DNA of 64,000 nucleotides, from the NCBI GenBank assembly GCA_963828735.1, contig CAWHFW010000003.1, forward strand, positions 160,001-224,000, in the 5' to 3' direction. The DNA comes from an uncultured Gemmatimonadales bacterium (lineage in GTDB: Bacteria; Gemmatimonadota; Gemmatimonadetes; Gemmatimonadales; GWC2-71-9). How positions within the stretch are numbered: position 1 is the stretch's first letter; the number at the start of each line of letters is the position of its first letter. Position numbers and translations under genes: made by a program. Below are positions 50,134 to 58,517 of the stretch, piece by piece. Under the pieces are notes generated by a model. That model saw only the letters and a program-made list of their open reading frames with translations, was not told where the DNA came from and did no database searches.

Positions 50134-51273
50134 ATGCTCGCTCAGCCAAGTGGTCCCTTTCGCGGCATCGCCGTGGCGCTGATGCTCACCGTGCCGGCAC
50201 CGGCGGCAAGGCCGATGCTTCACTGGTTTGACTTTGGCCATCGCATCGTCGCGCGCATCGCCGAGCAGCGTCTGACGCCCCACACGGCAAAGGCGGTCCG
50301 CGACATTCTCGGCGGTCAAAGCCTGGCAGATGCATCGGTGTGGGCGGACAACATCAAGCAGTATCGTCATGACGCGGATGCCCTGCACTACGTCAATATT
50401 CCGCTGTCCGCCACAGCCTACGACCCTGGACGCGACTGCCCGCACGGGAAGTGCGTCATCGCCGCGATCGCCAGCGACACGCAGATCCTCGCCAACCCCT
50501 CCGCGTCACCCCTCGATCGCGCGGAGGCACTCAAGTTCCTCGTGCATTTCATGGGCGACCTCCACCAGCCGCTCCACGTGGCCGACAACAGCGACCGCGG
50601 AGGCAACCGGCGAACGGTCTATCTGCTGGGCGACTCCATGAATCTGCACAAGGCATGGGATGGGGAGATCCTCGAGCGCTACAACCTGAGTGAGCCGGGA
50701 TACCTGAAAGAGCTGCAGCAGGAGATGGACACCCTGGACCTGGCCGCGCTCGAGCGCGGAACGGTGGTAGACTGGGCGATGGAGGGTCACCGGATCGCCG
50801 TCCAGCGTGCCTATCGCCTCCCTCGCGACGGGCGCCTCGGCGAGGCGTACGTCCAGGCCAGCCGGCCCGTCATCGATCACGCGCTCATCGCCGCCGGAGT
50901 TCGGCTGGCCAAGCTGCTCAACGCGACGCTGGCCAACTACGAGCCCATTCGTGCGCCCGCGTCCCTCGGCCCGGGCGTATATACCGACCGGGAGGCGGCC
51001 GCCCACGTCGGCGAAACCGCCGCTGTGGTCGGTACCGTCGCCACCGTATTCCGATCACCCGGCGGGAACGTGTACGTGAACCTGGGTGCCGACTATCCGC
51101 GCCAGACGTTCACCGCCGTCGCGCTTGCCCCGGTCGGGGGCTGGACGGCAGGGCTGGACAACCTGAGGGGCAAGGTGGTGAGAGTGCGAGGTGAGATCGT
51201 GAATTACCGAGGGCGGGTGGAAATCGTCCTGAAGGACGCGGGTCAGATCACGGTGGAGTCGGCCAGGCGCTGA
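50134..51273 (+). CDS. S1/P1 nuclease with C-terminal OB-fold-like domain
   Basis: W..FGHRIVA, WAD, LHYVN, VHFMGDLHQPLH, GGN, NLHKAWD; extra about 100-aa beta domain. Confidence 0.9.
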   Translation: MLAQPSGPFRGIAVALMLTVPAPAARPMLHWFDFGHRIVARIAEQRLTPHTAKAVRDILGGQSLADASVWADNIKQYRHDADALHYVNIPLSATAYDPGRDCPHGKCVIAAIASDTQILANPSASPLDRAEALKFLVHFMGDLHQPLHVADNSDRGGNRRTVYLLGDSMNLHKAWDGEILERYNLSEPGYLKELQQEMDTLDLAALERGTVVDWAMEGHRIAVQRAYRLPRDGRLGEAYVQASRPVIDHALIAAGVRLAKLLNATLANYEPIRAPASLGPGVYTDREAAAHVGETAAVVGTVATVFRSPGGNVYVNLGADYPRQTFTAVALAPVGGWTAGLDNLRGKVVRVRGEIVNYRGRVEIVLKDAGQITVESARR

Positions 51274-51348
51274 TGAATCTCGGTGTACTTGGCGGGCCCC
51301 CTTAGGCCCTCGGGGCTCCGCGCCGCGACCGTCATCCCGTAGCCGGCG

Positions 51349-52056
51349 TCAGCTGATCTGCCTACCGACCTGCGCCGTCAGTGCGATCCGGAAGTTGAAC
51401 CACTGCTCCACGAGCTGGCGCACCGGCCGTCCGTGGCGCGTGGCCGGGTGGAACCGCATCTCGCCGAGCGCGGTGCGCACCGACTCGCTGAACTCGGGAT
51501 CGTCGCTCGCCAGCACCTGAACTGACGCCACGTCCACCTGGCCCGTCGTGTCCACCACGAAGGTCGCCTGAACGCGGCCCTCCTTCCCCAGCGCGCTCAG
51601 CCTGGGCGGGTAGATCGGCGCGGCGCTCCCCTCGTAGCGCTCCACCATCCGTTCCACCTCGAGCATGGTGAAGACGCTGTCGGCCGGCCGGGCTGGCGCG
51701 CCGAACGGCGCCAAGCCCAGCGCGCTGCTCCGCTCGCCCGGGCGCTGCCGGCCGTAGGGGCGCCCACCGGTGCGGGTGCCACTGCCCGTTCCGTCCAGCT
51801 CCGCCCCATCCGTGAAGAGCCCGCCGGCGCGGCCCAACCTGAACGACTCGGACTGGCCGGCGGGTGGAGACTCGCGGCGATCCGGCGGCAGGAACAGCAG
51901 CGGACTGGTGGAGCGCTCGTCCCCGGGGAGGCCCCGGGCACCCGCGATCACGCCCACGGCGAGCCAGATCAGGCCCACGTGGAGCATGAGACTCGCGAAG
52001 CCGCACTCCGCGGCCTGGAAGACCCTGTGGTCGGATTCGATGAGGTGAAGGCGCAT
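51349..52056 (-). CDS. TonB C-terminal domain protein
   Basis: SLMLH TM motif; PIYP..GKEGRVQATFVVDTTG..FHPA..GRPVRQLVEQWF. Confidence 0.85.
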   Translation of the reverse strand: MRLHLIESDHRVFQAAECGFASLMLHVGLIWLAVGVIAGARGLPGDERSTSPLLFLPPDRRESPPAGQSESFRLGRAGGLFTDGAELDGTGSGTRTGGRPYGRQRPGERSSALGLAPFGAPARPADSVFTMLEVERMVERYEGSAAPIYPPRLSALGKEGRVQATFVVDTTGQVDVASVQVLASDDPEFSESVRTALGEMRFHPATRHGRPVRQLVEQWFNFRIALTAQVGRQIS

Positions 52057-52255
52057 GTCCGCCCCTGAGTGGGAGGCCGCAACGCTGCACCCAGATATGA
52101 CGACGAGCCTGCGCGTGGAGACACGTTCGACGCGGGCCCGGCGACTGCCCAGGGACGTCCCCGCGCACTGTGTCGAGCATCACCCCACCACGCCGGCTCC
52201 GGCGCGATCCTTCTGCGGAGGCCCACGCAGGCCAGACGATTTACCCGGAGGACTC

Positions 52256-52672
52256 ATGGCAACCAAGACGATCGAGGCGGAGCTCCTCGAGCTGGAGCAG
52301 CGCTACTGGCAGGCGATCCAGGACCGGGACGTGAAAGCCGCGATGGCGCTCACCGACTTCCCCTGCATCGTGGCCGGCGCGAAGGGCGTTGGGTCCATCG
52401 ACCCCAAGACGTACGAGGGAATCATGAAGTCCGCCACGTATACGCTGCGCCGGTTCGAGATCAGGGACGGTGCGCAGGTGCGTCTGTTCAACGACGACGT
52501 GGCGGTGGTGGCGTACCAGGTGCATGAGGACCTCACGGTGGACGGGAAGCCGGTGACGCTCCACGCGGCCGACACGAGCGTGTGGGTCCGCCGCGACGGC
52601 GAGTGGCGCTGCGCGGCGCACACGGAGTCGATCGCCGGGGATTCGTTCGGGCGGGACCGGGAGGGGGAGTGA
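52256..52672 (+). CDS. DUF4440/NTF2-like protein
   Basis: GGAGG RBS; LEQRYWQAI, DVAVVAY, SVWVRRDGEWRCAAHTES. Confidence 0.85.
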   Translation: MATKTIEAELLELEQRYWQAIQDRDVKAAMALTDFPCIVAGAKGVGSIDPKTYEGIMKSATYTLRRFEIRDGAQVRLFNDDVAVVAYQVHEDLTVDGKPVTLHAADTSVWVRRDGEWRCAAHTESIAGDSFGRDREGE

Positions 52673-52730
52673 CACCAGCTCGGAAGAGTCGGGAAAGCCG
52701 TCCGCCGGCGTCGGAACCATCCCCTCCGCA

Positions 52731-52773
52731 ACTACCATGAGCTTCTCGCTTGGCGCGAGAAGCTCATGGTAGT
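52731..52773. repeat. 19-bp perfect hairpin (REP/terminator-like), copy 1
   Basis: ACTACCATGAGCTTCTCGC-TTGGC-GCGAGAAGCTCATGGTAGT. Confidence 0.7.
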
Positions 52774-52793
52774 GCCGCACGCTTCACACCCCC

Positions 52794-53777
52794 TCAGTGC
52801 GACCACGACGGCGAACCCTCGATCGTTGACGTATGCGTGATCCGGGTCGCCGTGCCGCCGGTCGCGCTCATGGTCCAGATCTGGACCTGTCCCGACCGCA
52901 GGCTCTCGAACGCGATCGTGGTTCCGTCGGGCGAATACGTCGGCAGGCCGTCGAAGCTCGAGGAGAAGGTGAGCCGCTTGCCCACGTAGGTGGCCCGGTT
53001 CTGCACGTAAATCTCCACGTTGCCGCCGGACAACGACCGGCTGTAGGCGAAGAACTTGCCGTCGGGCGAATAGGTGGGCTTGCCCACCGACACGCCCGCG
53101 TTCACCAGATCGTAGGTGTCGCCGCCCGGATACGCCTCCCGGATCTTGAGCCCCGTGTTGTCCACGAAGATGAGGGACTTGCCGTTGGGGTGATACGACG
53201 CGCTGCTGCCCTTCACGAGCTGGTCTTCGGCGATGACGTAGTTGAACGCGCCGGTGGCGGGCGTGAGGATCGCGAGGTACGACGTGCTCTGCACCACGAC
53301 CGTCACCACCAGCTGGGTCCCGTCAGGCGACCAGGACGGGTCCGTGATCGGGAAGCTGTGGGGTGAGGCGAGCGCCCAGTGCTTGCCGGTGCCGTCGGCG
53401 TTCATCAGGAAGATGTCCTCGTGCGCGACGTTCGAGGCGTCGAGCCGGCGCCGCACCAGCGCGATCTTCTGGTGGTTCCAGGAGAAGGCCGGGGCGGACT
53501 CATCGCCCGAGAAGCTGGTGAGCCGGGTGACGTGACCGCCGGCGGCGTCCATCCGGTAGATGTCGGGGTGGCCGCCGATCCGATAGGACATGAAGACAAT
53601 CGGCGTCGCACTGAGCGCGGCGGTCACCGGCTCGACGGTCTCGGCAGCGGTCTCCGTGACGGCTGGCTCATTGGAGATCGGGTCGGGGGCGACCGGATCG
53701 TCAGCACAGGCGGCGAGCACGAGGGCCAGACCAATGACGGCGGCCAGCGCGGGGTAACGGGCGGTCGTGGAGCGCAT
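52794..53777 (-). CDS. TolB-like PD40 beta-propeller lipoprotein
   Basis: LAAC lipobox; PSWSPDG, PTYSPDG, PSWS repeats. Confidence 0.88.
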   Translation of the reverse strand: MRSTTARYPALAAVIGLALVLAACADDPVAPDPISNEPAVTETAAETVEPVTAALSATPIVFMSYRIGGHPDIYRMDAAGGHVTRLTSFSGDESAPAFSWNHQKIALVRRRLDASNVAHEDIFLMNADGTGKHWALASPHSFPITDPSWSPDGTQLVVTVVVQSTSYLAILTPATGAFNYVIAEDQLVKGSSASYHPNGKSLIFVDNTGLKIREAYPGGDTYDLVNAGVSVGKPTYSPDGKFFAYSRSLSGGNVEIYVQNRATYVGKRLTFSSSFDGLPTYSPDGTTIAFESLRSGQVQIWTMSATGGTATRITHTSTIEGSPSWSH

Positions 53778-53953
53778 CTGGTTCTCCTTCCGGGACGCGG
53801 GTCCCGCCAGCACGGTGGTGGATGTCGGGCGCGACAGGCCGGATCGCATGGGGCGGCCGTCGCTCGGGTGCTGCCGGTGCGACGGTGGTCCGGCCTGGTC
53901 CGTCCTCGGATCCTGTGTGGTGCGCTCAGGAGTGCCGCGTTGGACGTGGGGCA

Positions 53954-53995
53954 AGGATATGCGGGCGGGTCACTGGCGAATCACTGCGGAATCAC
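53954..53995 (-). promoter_or_regulatory. Three 11-bp-spaced heptamer direct repeats next to a -10-like box
   Basis: Minus strand: GTGATTC-N4-GTGATTC-N4-GTGACCC-N7-TATCCT. Confidence 0.5.
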
Positions 53996-54115
53996 GGAAG
54001 GGCAAGTGGAGGAGCGGGAAGGGGTTGGTACACCTACCCTAGAGCGGCCGGAACAATTCCTCGAGGCGAAGGGTGAGCGGCTGTACCGCGGCCGGGCGCG
54101 GCGGCCAAAAACGCC

Positions 54116-54146
54116 ATGAGCTCCTCGCGCGTGGCGAGGAGCTCAT
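54116..54146. repeat. 13-bp hairpin (REP/terminator-like), copy 2
   Basis: ATGAGCTCCTCGC-GCGTG-GCGAGGAGCTCAT. Confidence 0.65.
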
Positions 54147-54182
54147 TCAGGCACCTTGAAGACCGAGGACTACTCTGGACTA

Positions 54183-54728
54183 CTAGTGAACGGTGATACC
54201 CAGGCCGAGCTGCCCAACGTTCGCGTCCGAGTTGGAGGAGCTCATCGCGAAGCCGTTCCAGAACGGCGTCAAGCTCACGTTGTTGCCGACCCGGATGTCA
54301 TAGCCCAGCCCGATCAGGGCGCCGACCCCGGTCTCGGTGGCGCTCTGGAAACCGGTAGCCGAGGCGTGAATCGTCCCGACGCCCAGCCCGCCCAGCAGGA
54401 AGAACCCGCCGGTCGCGGAGGGATAGAATCGGGCCAGCGCCGTGAGCGTGCCGACGGTGAGCTGCGCGCCGTTCTCGCTCTTGGTCCAGCCGTTCGTGCC
54501 GACGCCGAGCAACAGCTTCTTGCTCAGGGTTCCACCAATCGCCAGGCCTCCGCTGAGGCTGCCCTCGCGGCTGCCGCAATCCTGACAGCCCAGGCTGCCG
54601 TAGCCCAGCCCGCCGTTGAACCAGAAGCCCTCGCGGGTCTGAGCGTGCTGCTGTGCCGACGCGGCCCGAGGCAGGAGCGCGGTCAGACCGAGAGCGAGGG
54701 AGAACATGACACGCTGCAGTGATCGCAC
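54183..54728 (-). CDS. Outer-membrane beta-barrel protein
   Basis: Signal peptide, alternating beta-strand pattern (GFWFNGGLGYG, ARFYPS, GLGYDIRV, QLGLGITVH). Confidence 0.8.
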   Translation of the reverse strand: MRSLQRVMFSLALGLTALLPRAASAQQHAQTREGFWFNGGLGYGSLGCQDCGSREGSLSGGLAIGGTLSKKLLLGVGTNGWTKSENGAQLTVGTLTALARFYPSATGGFFLLGGLGVGTIHASATGFQSATETGVGALIGLGYDIRVGNNVSLTPFWNGFAMSSSNSDANVGQLGLGITVH

Positions 54729-54840
54729 TGGAGCCTCCATTGTGTTCAAGGCGGGCCGCCGTCCGGCGGGATTGCCGGGCGTAGATCCTGGGAAAAACGA
54801 GAGCGGGTTGTTGGCGGCCTCGGATCGGTAGGGGCGCAGA

Positions 54841-54857
54841 TGCAGGAAGCAAGCCAA
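54841..54857 (-). promoter_or_regulatory. Possible sigma54 promoter of the beta-barrel gene
   Basis: TTGGCTTGCTTCCTGCA has GG-N10-GC spacing. Confidence 0.3.
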
Positions 54858-55058
54858 TTTGGCACCGGAGATTCTGGACGAGCTGGCGCAGTGCATAGCC
54901 TGTGGCCGCTTGGACTTGGCGGCCGTCGCATACCCCGTGTCCGCAATGGCACCTCGGCCGAGAGCGGATCGGGGTCGCAATAGGCCCGTCGGGCTTCACC
55001 TTGCGACCCGCGCCGAAGCCTGTGGCCACCCGGCGAACGGCTGCTACCTTGTGTGGCC

Positions 55059-55781
55059 ATGGCGTTCTCGCTCTACGTCGCCCTCGGCGACTCGATGAGC
55101 ACCGACCACTATCCGACCTGCGACGTCCGCAACCTCGACGCGCCGCCCGGACGGCTGGACCCGCTCGGCGCCGCCGCGCTGCTCCACACGAACGATGACG
55201 AGCGCTGGCCCGAGTTCCGCGCGCGCGACCTCGACCGGCTGTTCCGCGGCGTGGAGTTCCGGAACCTGGCGGAGGACGGCGCGATGATCGACGACGTCGC
55301 GACCGAGGAGCTCTCGCGGCTCGGCCACGACTCGGACGATCCCGACATCCTGCTCACCCTCGCCGCCGGCGGGAACGATCTGCTCGACGCGCTCAGGTCG
55401 GGGAAGTCGCTGGAGCGCTCGGTGCGGCAGATCGAGGGGCGCTACGCCGATCTCGTCGCCACCGTGCGGGAGGAGCTGCCCGCCGCCACGCTGGTGCTCA
55501 CCACGGTGTACGACCCTACGGATGGCACCGGCCGGCTTCCCGGACTCGAGTCGATGGGGCAGCTGCCGCTCGAGTACCTCGACCGATTCAACGAGGGCGT
55601 GCGCCAGCTCGCGCGGGAGATCAAGCACACCGTGGTCGCCGATGTGCACCGCCATTTCCTTGGCCACGGCGTGAACGCCCCCGAGGCAGAGCGCTGGTAC
55701 TGGCGGCGAAACCTGATCGAGCCGAATGCGCGGGGCGCGAGCGAGATCCGGAGGGTGTGGGTGGAGGCGGCGGGGATGTGA
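55059..55781 (+). CDS. SGNH/GDSL-family protein
   Basis: YVALGDS, NLAEDGA, AGGND; block V reads IEPN. Confidence 0.85.
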   Translation: MAFSLYVALGDSMSTDHYPTCDVRNLDAPPGRLDPLGAAALLHTNDDERWPEFRARDLDRLFRGVEFRNLAEDGAMIDDVATEELSRLGHDSDDPDILLTLAAGGNDLLDALRSGKSLERSVRQIEGRYADLVATVREELPAATLVLTTVYDPTDGTGRLPGLESMGQLPLEYLDRFNEGVRQLAREIKHTVVADVHRHFLGHGVNAPEAERWYWRRNLIEPNARGASEIRRVWVEAAGM

Positions 55782-55951
55782 GCGGTGAGTGGTGAGTGGT
55801 GAGTGGTGAGCGGTGAGTGGTGAGCGGTGAGCGGTGAGCGGTGAGCGGTGAGCGGTGAGTGGTGAGCGGTGAGTGGTGAGCGGTGAGCGGTGAGCGGTGA
55901 GCGGTGAGCGGTGAGCGGTGAGCGGTGAGCGGTGAGCGGTGAGCGGTGAGC
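55778..55951. repeat. Heptanucleotide tandem array (GGTGAG[C/T]) x24 plus a partial unit
   Basis: 24 exact 7-nt units at 55784-55951; a partial unit supplies the SGNH stop codon. Confidence 0.97.
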
Positions 55952-56045
55952 CGGTCCGCGAACCCGGAAGGCCCTGTTCCGCAACGGTCACCGCCTGGGC
56001 CAGCCGCCCGGAAGCGGGTGACCCGACGCGGATGACCCGAGAATG

Positions 56046-56088
56046 AAAAACAGCGGCCGGATCGCCTCGAGGCGATCCGGCCGCTGTT
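56046..56088 (-). terminator. Intrinsic terminator of the cold-shock gene (40-bp perfect palindrome)
   Basis: AACAGCGGCCGGATCGCCTC/GAGGCGATCCGGCCGCTGTT at 56049-56088, with a T run on the minus strand. Confidence 0.8.
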
Positions 56089-56108
56089 CCGTTCAGTCGG
56101 GCGTGCGA

Positions 56109-56318
56109 CTACTGCAGCTTGACGACGTTCTCCGCGGCGGGGCCCTTCTGGCCCTGCACGACGTCGAACTCGACCCGCTCGCCCTCGGCCAGGCTCTTGA
56201 AGCCCTGGGCCTGGATGGCCGAATGGTGGACGAAGCAGTCCTTCTCACCGCCCTCGGGCGTGATAAAGCCGAAGCCCTTGGCGTCATTGAACCATTTGAC
56301 CGTTCCGGTAGTGCGCAT
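56109..56318 (-). CDS. Cold-shock protein (CspA family)
   Basis: [44 protein letters not shown]. Confidence 0.98.
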   Translation of the reverse strand: MRTTGTVKWFNDAKGFGFITPEGGEKDCFVHHSAIQAQGFKSLAEGERVEFDVVQGQKGPAAENVVKLQ

Positions 56319-56508
56319 TGTCCTGCTCCTTGTACTGTGGTAATCGGAGGTGGGGACAAGCCGCACGGCCGACTACGGTGTGCGTGGATTCTCCCTCCAC
56401 GCGGGGCTCGGCTGCCGCAGCGCAGCACTGCGCCAGGAACGACAACCAAAACAAAAGGGGCCGGCGCCAACGCCAGCCCCTGACTGATTACGCTAGTTCA
56501 CACGACAC

Positions 56509-56537
56509 AAGGTACTTGCGGGAGGCCCGGGCGGCAA
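56509..56537 (-). promoter_or_regulatory. sigma70-type promoter of the cold-shock gene
   Basis: TTGCCG-17 nt-TACCTT on the minus strand, implying a 5' UTR of about 180 nt. Confidence 0.5.
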
Positions 56538-56590
56538 GGTCTGACTTGTCAGGGTAAGGACCTGAGCTGGGCTGCATCTGGGTGACGTCA

Positions 56591-57034
56591 TCATTCGGTA
56601 GATGCTTGCGCGGGCGAGCAGGCTTGCTTCCAGGGTTCACCCCCGGCCCGCGGGATCACCCGCCGCTCGATGAGCGCGCTCACCGTCATAAGGAGATGGT
56701 CCGGGGTGAACACCTCGGCCAGCGTCGGCACATCGGCAGGCAAGCCGTCCGGGATCGAGGAGCCGATATGAAGGACCGCCAGGCGCGGATTGACCTCACG
56801 GACACGTCGGACCAGATCGCCGGTATCGATGCCGGTCCCGTAGGTGTTCAGCACCAGCAGCGAGATCTCGGGCAACTTGATACACAGCTCCTGGGCCGCC
56901 CGCCCGTCGTGAGCCTGGAACACACAGTAGCCGCTCATGCGCAAGAGTCCGGTGACCGACAGCAACAAGGCGTTATAATCGCAAATAACGATGCGCCGCC
57001 CCTCGCTAGAGGGGACGGGGCGCTGGGCCAACAT
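56591..57034 (-). CDS. Atypical single-domain receiver (pseudo-REC)
   Basis: REC-like pattern (IVICD, GYCVFQAHDG, ISLLVLN, LAVLHI, FTPDHLL) without the canonical Asp and Lys. Confidence 0.65.
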   Translation of the reverse strand: MLAQRPVPSSEGRRIVICDYNALLLSVTGLLRMSGYCVFQAHDGRAAQELCIKLPEISLLVLNTYGTGIDTGDLVRRVREVNPRLAVLHIGSSIPDGLPADVPTLAEVFTPDHLLMTVSALIERRVIPRAGGEPWKQACSPAQASTE

Positions 57035-57170
57035 TTGGATCCTTAGGTCCGGCGGAGACAGCCGGCCATGACGGGAGGTACAGCGGTGAGGCGACCTGAT
57101 GGTACCCCACCAGTAGCAGAATAGATAGGCACGCTCTCCGCGCGCCCACGCGAACCGGCGAGCGCGAGAC

Positions 57171-57779
57171 CTAGGCCGCCATCGGGAGCTGCCCGAGGAT
57201 CCCTTGCACAGCCGCCAGGTACTCCCCGACGTCGAAGTGGTCGGGGTCGATCATCCCCTGCACCGCGCATCCGTTGATGAAGCTCACTGCGATCGCCGCG
57301 AGGCCTTCGGGCGTCACCCCCGGGAATCGCGCTCCCTCGGCGAGCAGGACCTCTTCGGTCAGCGTGCGAAAGGCGGCCCGGTAGCGCTCGAGTGCCGCGC
57401 TGATCTTTCCCCGGATCGCACGGTGGCGGGCACCGAGCGCCCAGTATTCGAGGAACAAGCAGACCTGCCGGGGGTCGCGCGACAGGCGATCCACCTCCTG
57501 GCGCAACAGTGCGCGCAGGCGGTCCAGCGGTCCCCCGATGGAAGCGACGTCGTCGGCGACGGGAAGCGAGAGCGTGGTCTCGAGCACCCGGTCCAGCAGC
57601 GCGCTGACCAGCTGATCCTTCCGCTTGAAGTGGAAGAGGACGAGGCCGTGGCTGAGGCGGGCCCGGGCGGCAACGGCTCTCACGGTGACGCCGTCGATGC
57701 CCTGCCGCAACCCCACCTCGTGGGCCGCTTTCAGAATCTGTTGTCGGCGCAGCGCCTCCGACGCCTTCTGTCCCGGCAT
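57171..57779 (-). CDS. TetR-family regulator (BetI-type C-terminal domain)
   Basis: RRQQILKAA..GIDGVTVRAVAARARLSHGLVLFHFKRKDQL. Confidence 0.93.
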   Translation of the reverse strand: MPGQKASEALRRQQILKAAHEVGLRQGIDGVTVRAVAARARLSHGLVLFHFKRKDQLVSALLDRVLETTLSLPVADDVASIGGPLDRLRALLRQEVDRLSRDPRQVCLFLEYWALGARHRAIRGKISAALERYRAAFRTLTEEVLLAEGARFPGVTPEGLAAIAVSFINGCAVQGMIDPDHFDVGEYLAAVQGILGQLPMAA

Positions 57780-57799
57780 GCTCGCTCCCTTCCGTCGCC

Positions 57800-57849
57800 A
57801 TTGACCTTCTGTCCAATACAGAGTAGTATTCATTAACCGCTTGGTCAAT
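57800..57849. promoter_or_regulatory. Two imperfect 18-bp palindromic TetR-type operators
   Basis: ATTGACCTTCTGTCCAAT (57800-57817) and ATTAACCGCTTGGTCAAT (57832-57849). Confidence 0.6.
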
Positions 57850-57912
57850 AGCGCATGGCTGTCGAAGGCGCGCGGTGCAGGCTTCTCGCACAGAACGCCC
57901 CCGGGAGGGGAT

Positions 57913-58398
57913 ATGTACGCTCTACGACTTCTCATGCTCGCCGTCTCGGCGCTCGCGCTGACCTCCTGCAATCCGTTCCATCACGACCCGGCGGTCGAAG
58001 TGACCACCAAGGACGAGACTCGGAATTCCAGCTGGCACGCCAGTCTGGCGACGCCGTCCGATCTCGCCGGGGCGGTGCAGATCAACGGCACGGCCTCCAT
58101 GGCACCGGGGACCAAGACCGGCAACACCACCGTGTTGCTCGTCCTCGCCAACGCCACACCCGGCGGTTTGCATCCCTGGCAGCTGCACCGCGGGCAGTGT
58201 GGGTCGGATGAGGGCGTGTTCGGCGCCGCGGCAGCATACCCGGTAGCGAAGGTGGGGAGCGACGGCCGCGCAACATCGTCGGCGACCGTGCCTCTCGAGA
58301 CACCAACCACGGGCAGCTATTTCGTCACGGTCGGCGCGTCGGTCGCTAACGACGCGATGACCGTCGCGTGCGGCAATCTCGCCCCGCCGACGACGTAG
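57913..58398 (+). CDS. Lipoprotein with a Cu/Zn-SOD-like (CHRD-like) beta fold
   Basis: LTSC lipobox; HPWQLHRGQCG, VGSDGRA, VACGNL. Confidence 0.65.
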   Translation: MYALRLLMLAVSALALTSCNPFHHDPAVEVTTKDETRNSSWHASLATPSDLAGAVQINGTASMAPGTKTGNTTVLLVLANATPGGLHPWQLHRGQCGSDEGVFGAAAAYPVAKVGSDGRATSSATVPLETPTTGSYFVTVGASVANDAMTVACGNLAPPTT

Positions 58399-58430
58399 CT
58401 CCTGATTTGGTAGCACCGCGACGGGGAAGG

Positions 58431-58457
58431 AGCCGCGGCAATCGCTGCGGCTTTTTC
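58431..58457 (+). terminator. Intrinsic terminator
   Basis: AGCCGCGGC-AATC-GCTGCGGCT followed by TTTT. Confidence 0.7.
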
Positions 58458-58517
58458 ATTTCGACGCGCTCTCTCAGATGACAGCACCTTGCCCGTAACA
58501 CACGCACCGGAGGCCCC

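Noticed and set aside
55778..55951. CRISPR array
   Set aside because: The 7-nt units have no spacers and no cas genes are in the window.
55044..55991. Minus-strand ORFs with SPLTAHR repeats
   Set aside because: They are translations of the heptamer array plus the antisense of the SGNH gene.
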